From NCBI GenBank assembly GCA_965372515.1, contig CBDVCO010000002.1, positions 1 to 57,625 on the forward strand: a DNA stretch of 57,625 bases, written 5' to 3'. Position 1 is the first letter of the stretch. Each line of letters begins with the position of its first letter. Positions 55,581 through 57,625 of this stretch are shown piece after piece. Under the pieces are notes generated by a model. The model did not search any database. It was not told the origin of the DNA and was given only the letters and a program-made list of their open reading frames with translations. The translations under genes and the position numbers were made by a program. The stretch is from an uncultured bacterium. GTDB lineage: Bacteria; Desulfobacterota; GWC2-55-46; JAJCZF01.

Positions 55581-55621
55581 AACATTAACCTCTTAGCTAT
55601 TTAATCGTAAATCATATCTTA

Positions 55622-56356
55622 TTACCCGTTCTTCAGTTTGCTCTGCCACGCGACCCTTCCTATAAAGAAAGGCCCCATACGCTCTATATAAGTGGATGTC
55701 TGCTTTGTGGCGCGCATGGTCTGCACAAGGGCGGATAGAGGGTGGAGGTCCTTACCTATAAGGCCGATCACAAAATCGTTGTCGTTCTTATCCAGACCAT
55801 GGCAGGCGAGCCTGATGTCATGGCCGAGGTCCTTCTCCCCGAAGGCGCGCCCGATCATGCCGTGCTCCATCAGTATGCCCATCTGCTCCTCTTTGGACAA
55901 GAGAGCGAACTCGCCCTTTCTCTTTAGCGGGTAATATACGGCCCACGGCCACGCCGGGTTGAGCACCGTCCTCGGAGAGCGGTCAATAAGCCAGTCTTCG
56001 AGCTTCTTCTCATGACCTATGGCGTATGTCCTGCCGAACATGGAGTACTCCGGTTTAAGCGTTAATGAAGCGAAGGGTCCCTCCTTGAAGAGTTCTGCTG
56101 CTTCATCGACGAAAATATTCGGGTCCTCATGCATGGTGAGCACACCCACACCGTACGGGTCGTTCATATCTTTATAGAGCACGCAATCGAAACCGCTATC
56201 CTCGAGGCCCTTAATGAGGGCAGTCGAATCGCGGCAATCGCCAAAGGCAAGCAACTGCATATAGAGGCGCCTATCTGACTTTTGCCTCTCCCCATCTATA
56301 GTCGCGCCCTTCTCGCTTATGTCGGTCAGGGCGTCGAGATCCAGATCGAAATCCAT
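55622..56356 (-). CDS. Chlorite dismutase (Cld/ChdC/HemQ) family protein
   Basis: 244 aa. WPWAVYYPLKRKGEF..L....Q..ILMEHGMIGRAFGE...HGLD...F.IGLIG...L..LV..MR....S.Y....GPFFIGR matches the Cld-family pattern, including the proximal His context. No signal peptide. GGAGG lies upstream. Confidence 0.75.
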   Translation of the reverse strand: MDFDLDLDALTDISEKGATIDGERQKSDRRLYMQLLAFGDCRDSTALIKGLEDSGFDCVLYKDMNDPYGVGVLTMHEDPNIFVDEAAELFKEGPFASLTLKPEYSMFGRTYAIGHEKKLEDWLIDRSPRTVLNPAWPWAVYYPLKRKGEFALLSKEEQMGILMEHGMIGRAFGEKDLGHDIRLACHGLDKNDNDFVIGLIGKDLHPLSALVQTMRATKQTSTYIERMGPFFIGRVAWQSKLKNG

Positions 56357-56407
56357 AAAACCTCCGCTGAATTTATAAAGTCAAAGATCTAAAAGGCCTG
56401 AAAACGA

Positions 56408-57625
56408 CTATTCGCCTCCACTTGCCTTCTTCTTTTGTGCCTCACGCTTCGCGTCACGGGCCTCTCTGGCGGCGTCGGAAGGCTGGTATGTGCAAAAGGG
56501 CTCTTCGTCCATATAGTTATCGGTGAAGGCGAAGGCCCTGGCCCTGCACCCGCCGCAGACACTTCGGTACTCGCAGTAGCCGCACCTGCCGTTATAGTCG
56601 TCCCACGCGCGCATCTCCTTGAAGACCTTGGAGGTATCCCAGATCTTACTAAAGGGTTCTTTACGAATATCACCGCACTCCTCGTCGAGAAAGCCGCATA
56701 TCTGCACCTTGCCCTGATGGCCGACAAAGGCGAAGCTCTGGCCTCCCATACAGCCCTTGCTCATGGCGTCGAGGCCGTGCGTCTCGGGCGTTACCTTAAT
56801 ACCCTTCTCCTTCTCGCCCTGCCTGAAAATCCTGTAGTAGTGAGGCGCGCATGTGGGCTTGAACTGTATCGGCACCTTATCGCGCATATCGTAGAACCAG
56901 CCAAGGGTCTTCTCGTAGTCCTCGGGGCTTATTTCCTGATCCTTCAGGTTAGCGCCCCTGCCGGTCGGCACAAGGAGGAACGGATGGTGCGCCTTTGCGC
57001 CGAGCTTTATGACGAGGTTCAGGATATCCTCCAGTTCGTGGAGGTTGTGCTTCGTGATGGTGGTATTTACCTGAAACTCGAGCCCCACCTTGTTCGACAT
57101 CTCTATGGCCTGCATAACGCTAGCGAACGCGCCGGGCTCACGGCGGAAATTATCATGGCTCTCGGCCGTGGCGCCGTCGATCGAGTAGCTAACGCGCATT
57201 ATGCCGACGTCCTTTATCCTCTGGGCCGTCTCCTCGGTAATAAGAAAACCGCAAGGGGCCATTACCGTCCTGAGCCCCAGCCCAACGCTGTGCGCGGCTA
57301 TTTCCCAGATGTCGTCCCTTAGCATAGGCTCGCCGCCTGTGAGTATCATTATCGGCTTTGAAAATGAAGCGACGTCATCGAGAAAATCGAAGCTCTCCTT
57401 GGTGGTAAGCTCGTTTGGATAGGGGCCGAATCTTGCCGCGGCCCTGCAGTGTATGCAATTAAGGTTACAGCTTCTGGTCAGCTCCCAGGCTATAAGCCTC
57501 GGTGTCCAGACCTTCTCTCCTTTAAGCGAACCCGGATGCGAGCCGCCCGGGTGTCCTCCTCCGCCTTTCGGTATGTGAGGCGGGTGTCCGCCCCCCCCGC
57601 CCCCCCCGCCCGGCTCGTCGGGGTT
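56408..57625 (-). CDS. Radical SAM / SPASM protein, AhbD/NirJ-like (candidate haem b synthase); N-terminus lies beyond the window end
   Basis: The reading frame is open from 57625: NPDEPGGGGGGGGHPPHIPKGGGGHPGGSHPGSLKGEKVWTPRLIAWELTRSCNLNCIHCRAAA... It carries a CxxxCxxC motif, then GGEPMLRDD. A C-terminal SPASM Cys cluster is present (CGYCEYRSVCGGCRARA). The ORF-track start at 57349 is an internal Met. Confidence 0.6.
   Translation of the reverse strand, partial: NPDEPGGGGGGGGHPPHIPKGGGGHPGGSHPGSLKGEKVWTPRLIAWELTRSCNLNCIHCRAAARFGPYPNELTTKESFDFLDDVASFSKPIMILTGGEPMLRDDIWEIAAHSVGLGLRTVMAPCGFLITEETAQRIKDVGIMRVSYSIDGATAESHDNFRREPGAFASVMQAIEMSNKVGLEFQVNTTITKHNLHELEDILNLVIKLGAKAHHPFLLVPTGRGANLKDQEISPEDYEKTLGWFYDMRDKVPIQFKPTCAPHYYRIFRQGEKEKGIKVTPETHGLDAMSKGCMGGQSFAFVGHQGKVQICGFLDEECGDIRKEPFSKIWDTSKVFKEMRAWDDYNGRCGYCEYRSVCGGCRARAFAFTDNYMDEEPFCTYQPSDAAREARDAKREAQKKKASGGE

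Overview
This 57.6-kb window looks like core chromosome of a diderm (Gram-negative-type) bacterium; taxonomy cannot be assigned from sequence alone. Envelope markers are lpxH, gmhA, lgt, a DsbC-like protein and an LptM-like lipoprotein. An anaerobe or microaerophile is suggested by ThiH-type thiazole synthesis, short ThiC, an AhbD-like radical SAM protein and an Alternative Complex III. Coding density is high, with about 60 genes, 5 tRNAs and 8 ATGA start/stop overlaps.

In order, the window holds:
- two tandem GT-C glycosyltransferase paralogs
- tRNA-His/Arg/Pro, then glyQ, recO, mgtE and a tandem USP
- a ClpA-like AAA+ unfoldase, a class II J-protein and dnaK
- a seven-gene actA-B1-B2-C-D-E-F operon
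- an NFACT (RqcH-like) gene that lacks NFACT-R, and another GT-C protein
- an M20 / cytoplasmic GGT / YbdK operon
- a WbuC cupin / DUF2156 / YhcC radical SAM trio
- an M29 aminopeptidase bracketed by palindromic repeats
- gmhA coupled to a DHS-like gene
- argH, lptM-like, lysA, dapF, dapA, dapB
- a DsbC-like gene overlapping tRNA-Thr, and a GAF-GGDEF cyclase
- a TPP-riboswitch-controlled thiH-thiS-thiG-lgt-thiE-thiC operon and an orphan ANTAR regulator
- a GT2 / DUF2304 / GT-C module and tRNA-Leu
- tal, DUF4139, rnr, ribF, aroE, lpxH
- a Cld-family gene next to the AhbD-like gene, which runs off the window

I saw no integrase, transposase, CRISPR array, phage genes or recognisable defence genes. 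The best candidates for something undescribed are all hypotheses:
- the translationally coupled DUF2156 + YhcC pair, which has an Elp3-like domain logic
- the YbdK-GGT-M20 operon
- the 208-bp nested palindrome family flanking the aminopeptidase gene
- the truncated NFACT protein
- the CxxCH-bearing DsbC homolog
- the Cld/AhbD pairing
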